From NCBI RefSeq assembly GCF_006345805.1, contig NC_043014.1:1178001-1242000 (forward strand): a stretch of 64,000 nucleotides of DNA, read 5' to 3'. Positions 1-12,869 of the stretch are shown here, one piece after another (position 1 is the first letter of the stretch; each line of letters opens with the position of its first letter). This DNA is from Octopus sinensis. Taxonomy: Eukaryota. The notes beneath the pieces were generated by a model that saw only the letters and a list, made by a program, of their open reading frames with translations, was not told where the DNA came from and made no database searches. The position numbers were made by a program, and so were the translations under genes.

Positions 1-163
1 GTTCTGAGTTCAAATTCCGCCAAGGTCGACTTTGCCTTTCATCCTTTCGGGGTCGATAGATTAAGTACCAGTTATGCACTGGGGTCGATGTAATCGACTT
101 AATGCCTTTGTTTGTCCTTGTTTGTCCCCTCTGTGTGTAGCCCCTTGTGGGCAGTAAAGAAAT
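1..163 (+). mobile_element. tRNA-derived SINE family A (cut by the window start)
   Basis: B-box GTTCTGAGTTCAAATTCC followed by GTCGACTTTGCCTTTCATCCTTTCGGGGTCG core; many copies in the window. Confidence 0.85.
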
Positions 164-767
164 AAGAAAGAAGCCCTTTACTACAACAGCAAGGAGTCTG
201 TGTGTATTCTTCACACTACCAAGGAATGTCACAACTTCCAAAACAAAACTAAACCCTCCTACAAAGATAAGTATATTTGCATCCCTGACACCACCCAACA
301 CCGGCACCAACACCAGACACCGTTTATTCAAAGCACCGTTATCTGCCATTTAGTTTGCAGTCAGTCTTCCTCTTGCAGTAGTTCTTCATGCAGTAGGTAT
401 AGGGGGTGTTCAGGGCTGGTGGGGGGCAGTTTATAGTTGATTACTTTTAAATGTTCTGCTGCATTCTACAACAGAATGTGGCTGGCATCATTAGCTTCTT
501 ACTAGAATTGGCTTTTTTTTTAAAAAAAAGGAAACACAACACTTTTTTACAATCATTTAGTTTATTTTTGTTTGATTTTTTTTTATTCTGTTTTATTTTT
601 TGAGATTCTTAGAATATTTAGAAAGTTTTATTTACACTGGCAACCATTGAGATTTTCCTTACACTATGATCATCTCTGTCTCTCTTTATCTCTCTCTTGC
701 TCTCTCTCTCTTTCTTTGCCTCTCTTTCTTCCTTTGCCTCCCTCTCTCTCTCTCTCTATATATATAT

Positions 768-812
<45 letters not shown>

Positions 813-834
813 ATATATATATATATATATATAT

Positions 835-1020
835 GTTGCTTGGCCGCATACCGAAAAATTAGAAATAGCAGTCAAGACTGTTTATTTCTATTTTCTACAA
901 GTGGGGCTCCACAAACTACAGAATTACAGGGATATGTCTTATGAGGAGCCCCACTTGTAGAAAATAGAAATAAACAGTCTTGGCTGCTATTTCTAATTTT
1001 TCGGTATGCAGCCAAGCAAC
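835..1020. repeat. Foldback: 76-bp inverted arms with a 34-nt spacer
   Basis: 835-910 is the reverse complement of 945-1020 with 2 mismatches. Confidence 0.95.
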
Positions 1021-1925
1021 CTGTTGCCTGCCCCATTTATTTATATACAATATATATACTGAACTTTACAGAAGTTCCTACCGTTAATCGGTTATATTTA
1101 CATACCGAATTCTACCAGTAAATAATTGTTGGGTTTTTTTAAAAACCATTATAGGAATTATTTACTCTTATTATTATATATATATATGTATGTATGTATG
1201 TATATATACTCACACACACATACATTTGTCTCTCCCTCTCCAATTTTTTTATTTCTAGATGGACCATATCACAAACTGTTCCAACAAAACATTTATGTTT
1301 TTTTCCAATTCTGCCCAAAATTTAGAAATAAATGAACAAACTTTGGTTGTGATTTCCAGACTTTTTTTTCTCTTTTTCCAGGAAACAAAATGGATTTTAT
1401 GTCAATTCAAAACATTTAGCTAAATTTGGAATAAGTTCTTACACCATCGGGAGACAAGAATACGGTTATTCCTTCAGATATTTTGTGGGAAGAAAAAGAG
1501 AAAGAACTCTTTAAAACAGATTTTGAACAAATTTTAACACCAACCCACCTGAGACCTCTGCTGGTTCCATCACATACGTGTGGCCCGTTTTAAGGGTGTC
1601 ATCTAAGTGAAATCACCCATCATCTGACATTTCCTTTTGATCTTTCAAATTCCAGATTAATATGAATTCTACGAAATTTCATCAAATTCTCAGTTATTTA
1701 AAGAATTCTGTCTGTTAAAAGGGTTTCATGAAGGGTTTCTGTGTTCTTGTCTCTCCATGGTGTTGTCAAAACTTCACTAAATTCTCAAACTTTTTCACAT
1801 GATTTTTCACTGCCACTGATTTCCTGAGACTCTGCTTATCATTTTAATGTTTAATTAATTTACCATTATTAAAAGATTAAAGTGGTCATCTCTTAATTTT
1901 CTCTCAAGATCAACACTGCTAAAGA

Positions 1926-1979
<54 letters not shown>

Positions 1980-3494
1980 CATCTTCTGATTTGTCATTCA
2001 TTAGTAATTAATGTGTGTTTTGTTAATTGCTTAATTAATATTTGTATTTTTCAGGTGTTTGTTGTTGTTGTGCTTTAGTTTGTCCCGTTCCGTTTACAGA
2101 TGCCGTGTAAGGAAGCTTCATGTTTACAGACACCATGTAGTGAAATTCATTAGACAGATTCCATGTAGAGATTCTGCTACATGTAGTAGTGACCCTGGTG
2201 AGGTGACATGTAGAGTTGCCTTTCAAGGGTCCTGGATCGAGGAGCTAAGTGGGAGTACTGCATGTAGCTGTCATGTAGGAGTACTCATGTAGAGATGCCA
2301 GTGTAGTGGTGACGTGTAATGACCACCACCACCCACTTCATGGACAGTAGTGAGGAACTGTTTACAGTTCAAGATGTGTTGTTCTGTTCTCAGAAAGAGG
2401 ATGAAATCTAGGGTCAATACTTTGGGTGGTGGCCATGGCGGTCATCCTCCTGACCTGTTGTTTCTTGTCAGTTTGCTCTCGCGCCCTTTCCCTACCTTCC
2501 TTTTTTATCTCCTTCAACCAGGTATCTCATCTATAGCGAGACACCTGTGCTTCTCCTCAGACATACTTCAGCCTGTTGACACCTGACATGAAATCACCCA
2601 CCTCCACCTTCCCCTTGCAAATACTTCCTCTTTGTCACAACAGCTTCTTCCCCTTCCCCCTTCCCTTGTTCTTTTTCTGTCTAACATGTTTAGATGACAG
2701 CCTCACCAGTGCCAGTGGCACAAAAAAAAAACAAAGCTCCCCCCTCCCAGTACGCTCTGTAAAGTGGTTGGCATTAGGAGGGGCATCCAGCTGACATTGA
2801 ACCCTTGATAATGACCTTGCACCTCCCCAGATCCTCTCAAAGCATCCAGTGTATGCTATCATGGAAAACTGGCATTAAATGATGATGATGATGATGATGA
2901 TGACGACAGAATTTGAAATCAGTATCAGTCACTTTGTTTATACCAATACTTACCAATGTGTGTGTGTGTGTGTGTATATGTGGTCAATTATTGAATATGT
3001 CTTGTATTACTAAAATCTATACCACTATGGCACTCCGTCGGTTACAACGACGAGGGTTCCAGTTGATCCGATCAACGGAACAGCCTTCTCGTGAAATTAA
3101 CGTACAAGTGGCTGAGTACACTGGTAAATGCCACTGTATGAATTCATACAAAGTAGTAACCATGTAATAGTCGACCCCATAAATTTGACCTTAAAAAATG
3201 GTCTAAAAAATTTGGTTTTTGCACAAGTATATATGGTATGTATGTTCATGTGTGCGCTCGTGTGTGTGTATGTGTATGTGTGTGTGTGTGTGTGTGCGGT
3301 CTTTTATTAACTGTATTTTGATTTAATAACCATTGACCTCGATTTATGTGTGTCTTAACAAATTTCGTTTTGCATGTAACCACTCTTATTCTTTTTCCAG
3401 TGTTTTCAGTTCTCCTCAGCCGTAGCCCAGGCATCCACACATTTGCCTGGTTGCCGTACACCAAACCACTTTAATTAAAATCCAAATAACTTGA

Positions 3495-3723
3495 TTAACC
3501 CTTTAGCATTGAGATTACTCTGTCAAATATAATCCTTATCTATTCACGTTGTTTTGAACTAATCATGCTTTATCTTGTAGCTTCAAGATTACAATGATGT
3601 GATTGTTTGTTTTTAGAAGGACATTGTAGGGTAGGTGTGAGAGGCCAGGTCTGGCTGGTCTCACCATAAAACAAGTAGAATATTTCAGCTGGACATGGCC
3701 AACTTAAATGCTAAACGGGTTGA
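3495..3723. mobile_element. piggyBac-like MITE (~230 bp)
   Basis: TTAA-CCCTTTAGCATT ... AATGCTAAACGGG-TTGA; homologous to four other copies in the window. Confidence 0.75.
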
Positions 3724-4973
3724 GGAACAAAACCCAACAATTTAAAAAGTTTTGCTTTTTGGTTAGTAATCCATCAATTAAGACCTCCTGACTTTGGTAA
3801 AGTTTGAGATATTAGAATCCCGTGTCCAAGAAATAAAAGTTCCTTATCTTTTAGTTGTTGACTGGAAGTGGGTAGAACTACTGTGGTGGGGGTGTACGAT
3901 AAATGACTTCATTTTAAGGTATGATTATTGTATGTGTTAATTACTTGGTTATGTATGTTAATTAACTAGTTATCTTTGTTAATTACCTTGTATGTTACTG
4001 TTTCTTTTTTATTGGTATATATGTGTATACATGTTTGTTTGTATATATATATATATATCATATATGTATGTATCTTGTATATTGTGTATTAGGTAAATAT
4101 ATATATATATATGTGTGTATAAATTGTAATAATGAGGTCAAAGCAAATAATATTTTGAAGTAATTTACTCCATATGTTTCAGGTCTGTAATATATAATGG
4201 GAAATGCATCCATTATGTAAGATCTTCATCAGTTCAAACATTTCAAAATATTTTTATGCATTTCCAATTCTATATTACACAAACCTGAAATGTAAGTATT
4301 AAATGATTTCAAAATAATCACTATTTTGTTTGACACTGTTATCCCAATTAATACGACTTGGTGCCAGTACAAACGAGCTGGTTTTGACTCCATTTGTATG
4401 GATACTCTAACAATGTTTCGGAGAAGTTTGTTACATTTGACTCAAGTCAAATATTCTGGTACTGTGTGCACCACTTAGCATATTATGAAATAAAAAAATA
4501 TATATATATATATGTATCTGTGTGTGTATGTATGTATATATGTATATATATAATAATAATGTGTATTTCTTGTTGAAATACTTACTTGGTTCCACTCCAT
4601 ACATCAATGCATTCACATACATACATGCTTATACACATATACATCCTCAATGTAGAAATTTCTTTTTATATGATTCTCTTTCAGTTTCATTTTCTATAAA
4701 TGTCTACTATGATTAACTCCATATATGGTATGGCGTTAAGTGTCTCTCTACTTTTAATGAAGTAGTCTATATATATATATGTATAATGTGACACATAGCC
4801 ACTCATACATACATGTATGTATATATATACATATACATATATATGTATGTATGTATGTAGAAGTTTATAACAATGTCTGTATTATATGACATATGACAGA
4901 AGGAAAAATGCCTGACCCAGTTCCAGGATTTGAACACTGCATCCTTTGTATGTTGTGTTAGGTCAAGTATGGC

Positions 4974-5052
4974 ACGTGTGTCACTTCCACATGAGCAACT
5001 TCCACATGTGCCACTGTCACATGTGCCACTGCCACATGTGCCACTGCCACGT
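4974..5052. repeat. 15-bp minisatellite (CACATGTGCCACTGC)
   Basis: About 4-5 degenerate units. Confidence 0.85.
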
Positions 5053-6062
5053 GTTGCTGCATTCACCATTTATTGGTATTTGCTCAGGTCGTTCCAGGCA
5101 ACTCTTTGAGCAGTTAGTCCCTACCTCTTTTGGGTAACCATGGTAATTTGTAGAACAGTCACCTGACCTGGAATGGATGTTTGGTTCAACCCCCACTGTG
5201 GGATTTGTTCCTTTCTGTCAGTTAGGCCTCACATCTAGACATCTTTAATATACTTTTATATATATATATGTTTGTATGCTCTTATTATCTACGAAGATAT
5301 ATATACACATAGCTAGCTAAGCAGCCTGCGATTTCATCTCCACGGTAGGTATCCAAATGCTTTAGTTTCATTCTAGAAACATTTACTTTTTCAATTCCAA
5401 TCACACATAAGTCTTCTTCTTTTTACCAGTTACAGCTTTTTACACTGCAGTACATAGGTTTCGTATCAACTTACCTGTTAATGGCCAGCCAGCCTCATAT
5501 TTTCCCCGTCTTCTTGAAGAATACGACGTACTGCCTGGTAGGAAATGTTTTTCATCGGGTTTTCCTTGCCATTCCTCATAGCTGCACTATTGCTAAGTCA
5601 AGAATTTATCTGAAATGATTGGACAGCACTTGAAATTTGGCAATTTGTATTTCTAGACAATCGTATAAGATTTCTTTTACTTATATGTATACAATATTTT
5701 GTGCATATATATATATGTATATATATATATGTTATGATTTATCCCTCATGTAAAAATGAGATTATATATAATGGCTAAGATTCTATATGAGCCATATTAA
5801 ATGGTATAGATTTATAAACATTAAATTTTACTTCAGTATACACACTTGAAACAGCAGAAATCAAAATAATGATGTCTCTATTCATTTATAACACATTCAC
5901 ACACATACATATGTATATATATATATATATATATATACATATGAATGTAGAACAGTGAACATGTTTTAAAATTTGATGTACACACAATTATATCCAATTC
6001 TTTATAAAAACAGATTAACATTAAGCACTGAAGAATTGCTTTTTAATGGAGAATCGGTTGGT

Positions 6063-6293
6063 TTAACCCTTTAGCATTGAGATTCCTCTGTCAAATGTTC
6101 TTCTTATTTTATTCGCATTGTTTGGAATCAATCAGGAATTACCTGACTGCTTTGATGTTTTGATCATGTAATTGTTTTCTTTTACAATAACAATGAAGAA
6201 TAGTTGTGAGAGGCCGGTCCTGGCCAGTTTGAACTTAAACGAAGTAAAATATTTTAAGGTTGGATGTGGCCAGTTTAAATGCTAAAGGGTTAA
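6063..6293. mobile_element. piggyBac-like MITE
   Basis: TTAA-CCCTTTAGCATT ... AATGCTAAAGGG-TTAA: intact terminal inverted repeats and TTAA duplication. Confidence 0.85.
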
Positions 6294-6653
6294 GCTTTTA
6301 CAAGAAGAACGGTGACAACCCTTTTCCTGTCACCCATCTTCTTGTATACGAAATTGAACGACAAAGCAACAAGAAATTATGCTATGAACTTCACTAGCTT
6401 ACTGTTTATAAGGTGATGTACATGCACTCACCTCTGAGTGCACTGCATCTCGTAGCAGAAACAGCTGTAAGCCAATGAAGGCCATTGCATAATTTCTTGT
6501 TACTTTGTCTTTCATTTAATTTTATATTACTGCTCTGTACTCAACTAACGCTTTATTCTAAAGTATATCTGTATTGAGTTCTAACATCAGGTTATTGCTA
6601 TCACTATGCCTAAACAAAATATTAATACACGTATATATGTATATATATATATA

Positions 6654-7505
6654 TGAGGTGGTATTAAAAGGTCCCCAGATTAATTATCTTTAATAAAAAA
6701 AATAACTTATTTACCTAATTTTAACATCATTTCCTTTGAAACAGTCATCTTACTCAGCAATTCACCAGTCCCAGCGTCTCCGTCACTTTTAGAATCAGCC
6801 TGGAATTCGTTTTCCATAAGTGAGTTGAGGACCTTCTGAGATTCACTCTGGATCTCGACAATGGTGTTAAAGCGGCAACCTTTGAGCTGCATTTTCATCT
6901 TGGAGAAGGGATGGAAGTCCGCAATTGCTAAATCTGGTGAATAGGGAAGGGGCAGGAGTGATGCCATGTTGTTTTTTGTGAGAAACTCACAAGTGAGGAG
7001 AGCTTGATGAAGAATTAATTTTTTTTTCTGTGCTCCACAGATCTGGTCATTTTGGCCGAATGTCCTCCCCCAAATGCTTCAAAATGTCACAGCCTGGCTC
7101 TGGGCTTTGAATTCTTGAGATGCAGCCCAGTTCTATGGCTTTTGGGAAAAAAAAACCCATCAGTATGCTCTTGAATGAGCTGCAGCTCTGCCATCCTTTT
7201 GAAGCACTTTTGCCTCTCAAAATATTGCATACAACTCGTCACCGTAAGCGCTTACCGAAACATGCTCAAGGTCTCTGTAGCAGACTTCCCAAGTTTATTG
7301 CAAAGTTACACATTGGCTCTTTGTTCCTGTCCATGACAAAATCACAAAGAACATAAATTTCAGAACTTGCGAAGTAAACACAGTGATGTCACGTGACACA
7401 CTGCCTCAGGAAAGTCACTGCTAGCTCTCAATGTGCACACAACCGTGTGGTGCCATCTGTTGGTGTGCTACAGAACTAATCCAGGAACACTTTGATACCA
7501 ACTTG
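6654..7505 (-). mobile_element. Decayed, internally deleted mariner element
   Basis: ORF 6707-6967 PYSPDLAIADFHPFSKMKMQLKGCRFNTIVEIQSES resembles the mariner YSPDL(AP) C-terminus; degenerate terminal inverted repeats GAGGTGGTATTAAAAG / CTTTGATACCAACTTG flanked by TA. Confidence 0.85.
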
Positions 7506-7539
<34 letters not shown>

Positions 7540-10286
7540 AAATTTAATAAATACTAAAGCCATGCTCTATATCCGTCTAATGCCTAATTCTGAAGCAGAT
7601 GTAGATTTAGTTCTAACAGCAGGCTATCAGCATTGCTATGCCTTAGCACAATATTAATATTTATAAAATATATACATTAATACACGTACACTACACCTGT
7701 CAGGTGCATTGTACCTGTAATTAAAGGTACAACCTTGTCACTGTGTTATGTTCATTCTACCTAAAAATTTTGTTACAGGTACATGTGTCTGTGGAATACT
7801 TACCCAGTAATGCTAATTAAATGAATCAGGTGATTAGATGCAAATGGACAGTTAGAAATTATAAGCCAGGTCCCTTTGTGAGGTAAAATTACAGAAAAAG
7901 AGTTTGAGGGAACTTCTGATTGGGAGTGGAAAATCCCACATTTCCGTGGTTCTGAGCTGGGGTCCATACAGTCTTTAGGGGTTCATAAGATTTTGCTGTT
8001 AAAATTTATCTGCAATAAATTGCTTAGTCTTCTACAATGCACCAAATATTGTAAGAATTTATTTCTACAATTCCTAAAATATGATTTTTTAAACATTGAA
8101 TATCTTTGAGGACCCATCTAAAATAGGAATCAAAGGAGTTGAGAAACTCTGTTGGCAGCAGGGTGGGGAGCTGGGCATCAGGTATTTTAGGATAGACTAA
8201 TGTACCATACATAGGTTTGTGTGTGTGTGTGGGGGGGGCGATGATGATTCCTGGAAATAAGGTAAATGGAGGGGTGGAGGGTGGAACGTCAAATGGACAG
8301 GTTATGAACATGTGTAGTGGCTGTAGTTTAGGGGGTAGATACAGAGTGGTGTGGTTAGTGATGAAGTGTAGAAGTTGTGTAGTGTTTTATGGTTGAGAAT
8401 GGATGAGATACAGGTGGGTGTAGGGGTGGGCGGTGGGGGTTATGTTATCAGCTTCTGCTCCACCTCAACAACATCCCTGGCAGACATTGCTTTCTAAATA
8501 TAACCCCCGGACCCCCCCCCCACTCCTCTTTGGAACAAACTGATTCAACTTGTTTTTCTGTTAATGTCTGTGTGTCCCTCCTACTTCCCTTCTATCAACT
8601 CCAGCTGGAGAAGGAATGGCTTTTCTTCGTGTTTTTTCTTAATTTCTTGGCTGGTTACTCATTAGTAGGTTCACTTCTTAAGTGCACCCCCACCCCCGCC
8701 ACCACCACCACCACCACCACCTCCTCTCCCTCCACACACACTGAGAGGGGTGGTGTAAGTGGTGGAGAAATGTCAAGAGCGTTTCTGATTTCTTCTCTGA
8801 ATCCATCCTCATTATGGGAGGATGCTGGCCTCTGTTTACATTATTACATTACAAATATTTATAGTTCAACTACCTCTCTCTTCCCCACCCATCTCTCTCT
8901 CCCCCCCTCTCTCTGTATACAGGTAGGCTGTAGCCTTTTTATAGTCTAATAAAATGCAACATGACTTTAACTCATGAAAAATTTTCCAAAAATTTGTGGA
9001 AATTTGCCTCAATATTAGGTAGGAACTCCAGATCCACACCTTTCCCCTTGTGATTCCTAGACTTAATTAAATTCTCCATAATAGACTGATCGAAGTTTAT
9101 CCATTCTTTGCTTAAAAGTGATGTTAATTTTGATAATCTTGCTCACCCCCTTCTTTCAAGATGTTTCTTTGTGGGTTCTCTTGGATTAAAATCAGGGATT
9201 TAAGTAACTACTTTCAGGAATTTGATTCTGTGGGTTCCTTCCCAAATTGGTAATATCTGGCTTGTATGGTATGAGGCTCCATTTTGTTGAATAAAAATTG
9301 GTCTTCTTAGCAATTTCTACCCTGAAATAAATGGTTAATAGGCCAGATATGATCAACATTTTTTAGAAATTAAGCTGCATGAGACATGAATTATCATCGA
9401 GGAGCAGGTCACACTACTAAAATTATTCAAAGCAATTGTTTGCTAGGCTTCCATGACTGCTAACAGACCCTTTTTCAATTATTTACCCATGAGCAATGGT
9501 AGAGGTCTTTTCCTATCAACTGCGGGAGTCAATGTTGTTAGAAATACATACATGTGTATATATATATATAAAGGGAAAGTTTATGAAAATAAACAAAAGA
9601 CGAAGGCAGGTGGTGTACAAACAAACAAATGTATTAGTATAGCGCTCAGGAATAGAAAAATCTTTTATGTTTCGAGCCTATGCTCTTCAACAGAAAGATA
9701 CACAGAAAAAACAAGGAGAGAAAAAAATGCGTGTAGGAGCTAACGATCTATCATGGCATCCTGACTTCGGACAGTGATGAGACACTGGAAGGACAGTAGG
9801 GGAGATAATAGGGTCAAGTGACTTCCTCACTTGATTGTGATCGACCAGACTATTGAATGTTGTTATACATTGCTGGTCACAATGTGCTTTCGTCCTTTTA
9901 ACTTTTGAATGTTACCACTCTACTGGTTAGGTGAGCAGGCCAACATTCCACTCAGTCAGTAAGTTAGTCCATCATGGGGTGACCCATTTACAGCTAGGTG
10001 GACTGGAGCAATATGAAGTGAAGGGTTTTGCTCAAGAGCACAACTTGTCACTTGTCCAGGAATCAAACCCATGATCTTTAGATTGTGAGTGCAACACCCC
10101 ATCCACTGGGCCACTCACCTTCATATATATGTATATGAGGATAATACATAGGCACAGGTATGACTGTGTGGTATGAAACTTGCTTCCCAACCACATGGTT
10201 CCGGGTTCAGTCCTACTGCATGGCACCTTGGGCCGACCAAAGCCCTGTGAGTGGATTTTGTTGGTGGAAACTGTAAGAAGCCTGTC

Positions 10287-10369
<83 letters not shown>

Positions 10370-10603
10370 AGAGTGAGAGAGCGAAGGAAAGAAATGTGCA
10401 CAGAAAGTCTTCCAATTGTCCATATTAGTTTCTTTTTGCTAAATCGTTTGGCCATAAAAAGCAACAAATTTTCCTGCAATTTTTGTTCTTTCAAGATGAG
10501 AAATATTTCTTCTTCATTTTTCTGTGAAACTGTCAGAGGTTTAACCACACAGAACCAATATAATAATAATAATAATAATAATATAATGATAATAATAATA
10601 ATA

Positions 10604-10832
10604 GGCGAGCTGGCAGAAACATTAGCATGCCGGGCAAAATGCCTAGCAGTATTTCGTCTGCCGCTGCGTTCTGAGTTCAAATTCCGCCAAGGTTGACTTT
10701 GCCTTTCATCTTTTCGGGGTCGATAAATTAAGTACCAATTATGCACTGGGGTCAATATAATCGACTTAACCCATCTGTCTGCCCTTGTTTGTTTCCTCTG
10801 TGTTTAGCCCCTTGTGGCTAGTAAAAGAAATA
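10604..10832 (+). mobile_element. SINE family A, near full length, within an (AAT)n tract
   Basis: GGCGAGCTGGCAGAAAC head, B box, same core and tail as 1-163. Confidence 0.85.
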
Positions 10833-11414
10833 GATAATAATAATATAATAATAATAATAATAATAATGTAATGATAATAATAATAATAATATAATTATAA
10901 TAATAATATAATAATAATAATAATAATCCTTAAATCCTTAAAAATGTTTTAGCCCGAAGGCCGCGGCCATGCTGGGGCAAATAATATTATTATAATAATG
11001 TATAAACTGTAGGGTGACACGCTAAATCATAAATGACAGTTTTTTCACTTCTAATGGTTTCCTTGTTGGAGGATTAATAGGACTTTTGGTTTTTTTCTTT
11101 CTTTATCCTTAGAGATTGAATTTCTGCTTCAGGCCAAAGAAAGACTGTGACATTTTCCCAAAATAGATGTTACTATTTGACCATCAACACCTCTGTGGTC
11201 TTGGTTACTGCTCATCCATCATGGCTACTTCGTTCCTCACACATCCAGACGCACTCAATATGACAGCCATGTTGTAAATTATAATATTTTTTTCCTCTCC
11301 ATATGGATATGATGCAGATTGTCTTGTTCAGTATTTGTTCATTTGTTTTTGCCTCCAGTTATTGTTTCCCGTGATTGTATGGGTTAGATGAATACACACA
11401 CACACGTGTATATA

Positions 11415-11975
11415 CATGGTCTGATCAATAAGTATCCGGACTGTTGCCATAGTAACAAAGCTAAATCACGCAGAGGGAAGCCACTTGGCAAAGATTGACC
11501 TTAAACTCTGCTATGCATGCGCACTAAGTTTCAGTGTTCCAGCTCACTTCTGCTGTTTACAGCAGTGCTTGGAAGGAACGTGTGTAGCATGTGATCATAG
11601 CATTGGACATGACAGAGAAAGATGTCGTGGCAATATCTGTTCAGAGGCCTGCGCAAAGTTGCAGGAAGTGTTTGGTGAGGAGTGTATGAGCTGCACACAA
11701 GTGTACGAATGGTTCAGACTTTTCCAAGATGGCCGAAAAAATGTCACCCAGAAGAATTGAGAAAAACATTGCAGATGTGCATGCAGCTGTGGAAATCGTT
11801 GAATCACCATCCGTGAGTTATCAGAGGATGCGCAGATTAGTTATGGTTCAGTTCAGTCCATTATCACTGAAGATTTGGGTATGAGACGTGTGTCTGCCAA
11901 GTTTGTGCCAAAACTACTTTCAGCTGACCAAAAAGACACAATCAAGATCTTCTTGATTGTGTTGAGAATGATGGA
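11415..11975 (+). mobile_element. Mariner 5' fragment (HTH region)
   Basis: EACAKLQEVFGEECMSCTQVYEWFRLFQDGRK and, after a frameshift, ITIRELSEDAQISYGSVQSIITEDLGMRRVSAKFVPKLLSADQK. Confidence 0.85.
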
Positions 11976-12175
11976 AACTTTTTGAAAACTTTGTATAAGC
12001 CTCTCTGTAGGTATCACCAAGCTTTTGGCAAAATTTGATGCAAATTCTCTGCTCAACTTTCTCTGTCATGGTCAATGCAATGATCTTATGCTACACACCT
12101 TCCTTCCAAGCACTGCTGTAAACAGTGGAAGTGAGCTAGAATGGTAAAATTTAGTGCAAATGCACAGCAGACTTC
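11976..12175 (-). mobile_element. Mariner 5' fragment, inverted relative to the neighbouring copy
   Basis: Reverse strand reads MTEKVEQRICIKFCQKLGDTYREAY; upstream part is homologous to ~11500-11620. Confidence 0.8.
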
Positions 12176-12214
12176 ATACCATGTATTTGTATATCTATTT
12201 GTGTGTATACACAC

Positions 12215-12275
<61 letters not shown>

Positions 12276-12869
12276 CTGCTGCAGTGCTTTACAGCTAGAT
12301 TACCCTTCCTGATGCTAAAACCTGTTTTGCCAAGTAAGGAGTCTCTTATTCTTAAAAAGTGCGAAGTGAGTTGATGATATGACAACAACAATGGCACTGC
12401 TCATAGCTTTGGGGCGTTTGGAGAAATAAAAGTATAAACACACAAATGAAAGGCTGTTTACAGATTCCATCTAGCAAGTTTACTTACAGGGCATTGGTTG
12501 GCCTGAGACACATATTAGAAGACACTTGTTGAGGGGGCTGCACAGTGAGACTGAACCTAAAACTCCACAGCTAGGCAGCTAACTTCTTAGCCCCTCACCT
12601 ATGCTTGTTAACTTACCTGTCCTAACAGAATGTTGTATTAAAAATTGATGATTTCTCCACTAATTAGTCTTATCATTTATAGTGTTGTGTTTAATCCAAA
12701 CAAGGTTTACTTCTTTGAGAATTTCCACTTTATATTTGTTTGGAGATGTTTTGTTCCAAGCAGTATAAAATAGTACTTTATTCCATACAGTACTCGATAT
12801 AGTCTATTGCAGAGAGTATAAAATATGGTTATTCCATCCAGAAGGTTTCATTCTCAGAGTTGCCATTTT

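Noticed and set aside
1260-1800. Possible decayed Penelope RT (also ~9000-9540 and ~10400-10560)
   Set aside because: Only vague motif resemblance across many stops; not supportable without a profile search
4168-5609. Minus-strand exon-like segments (acceptors at 5609 and ~4284, donor gtaagt at 5474)
   Set aside because: Both ATG-initiated frames in the first segment hit stops, and all three frames of the second are closed; no coherent coding model, although a non-coding antisense transcript is not excluded
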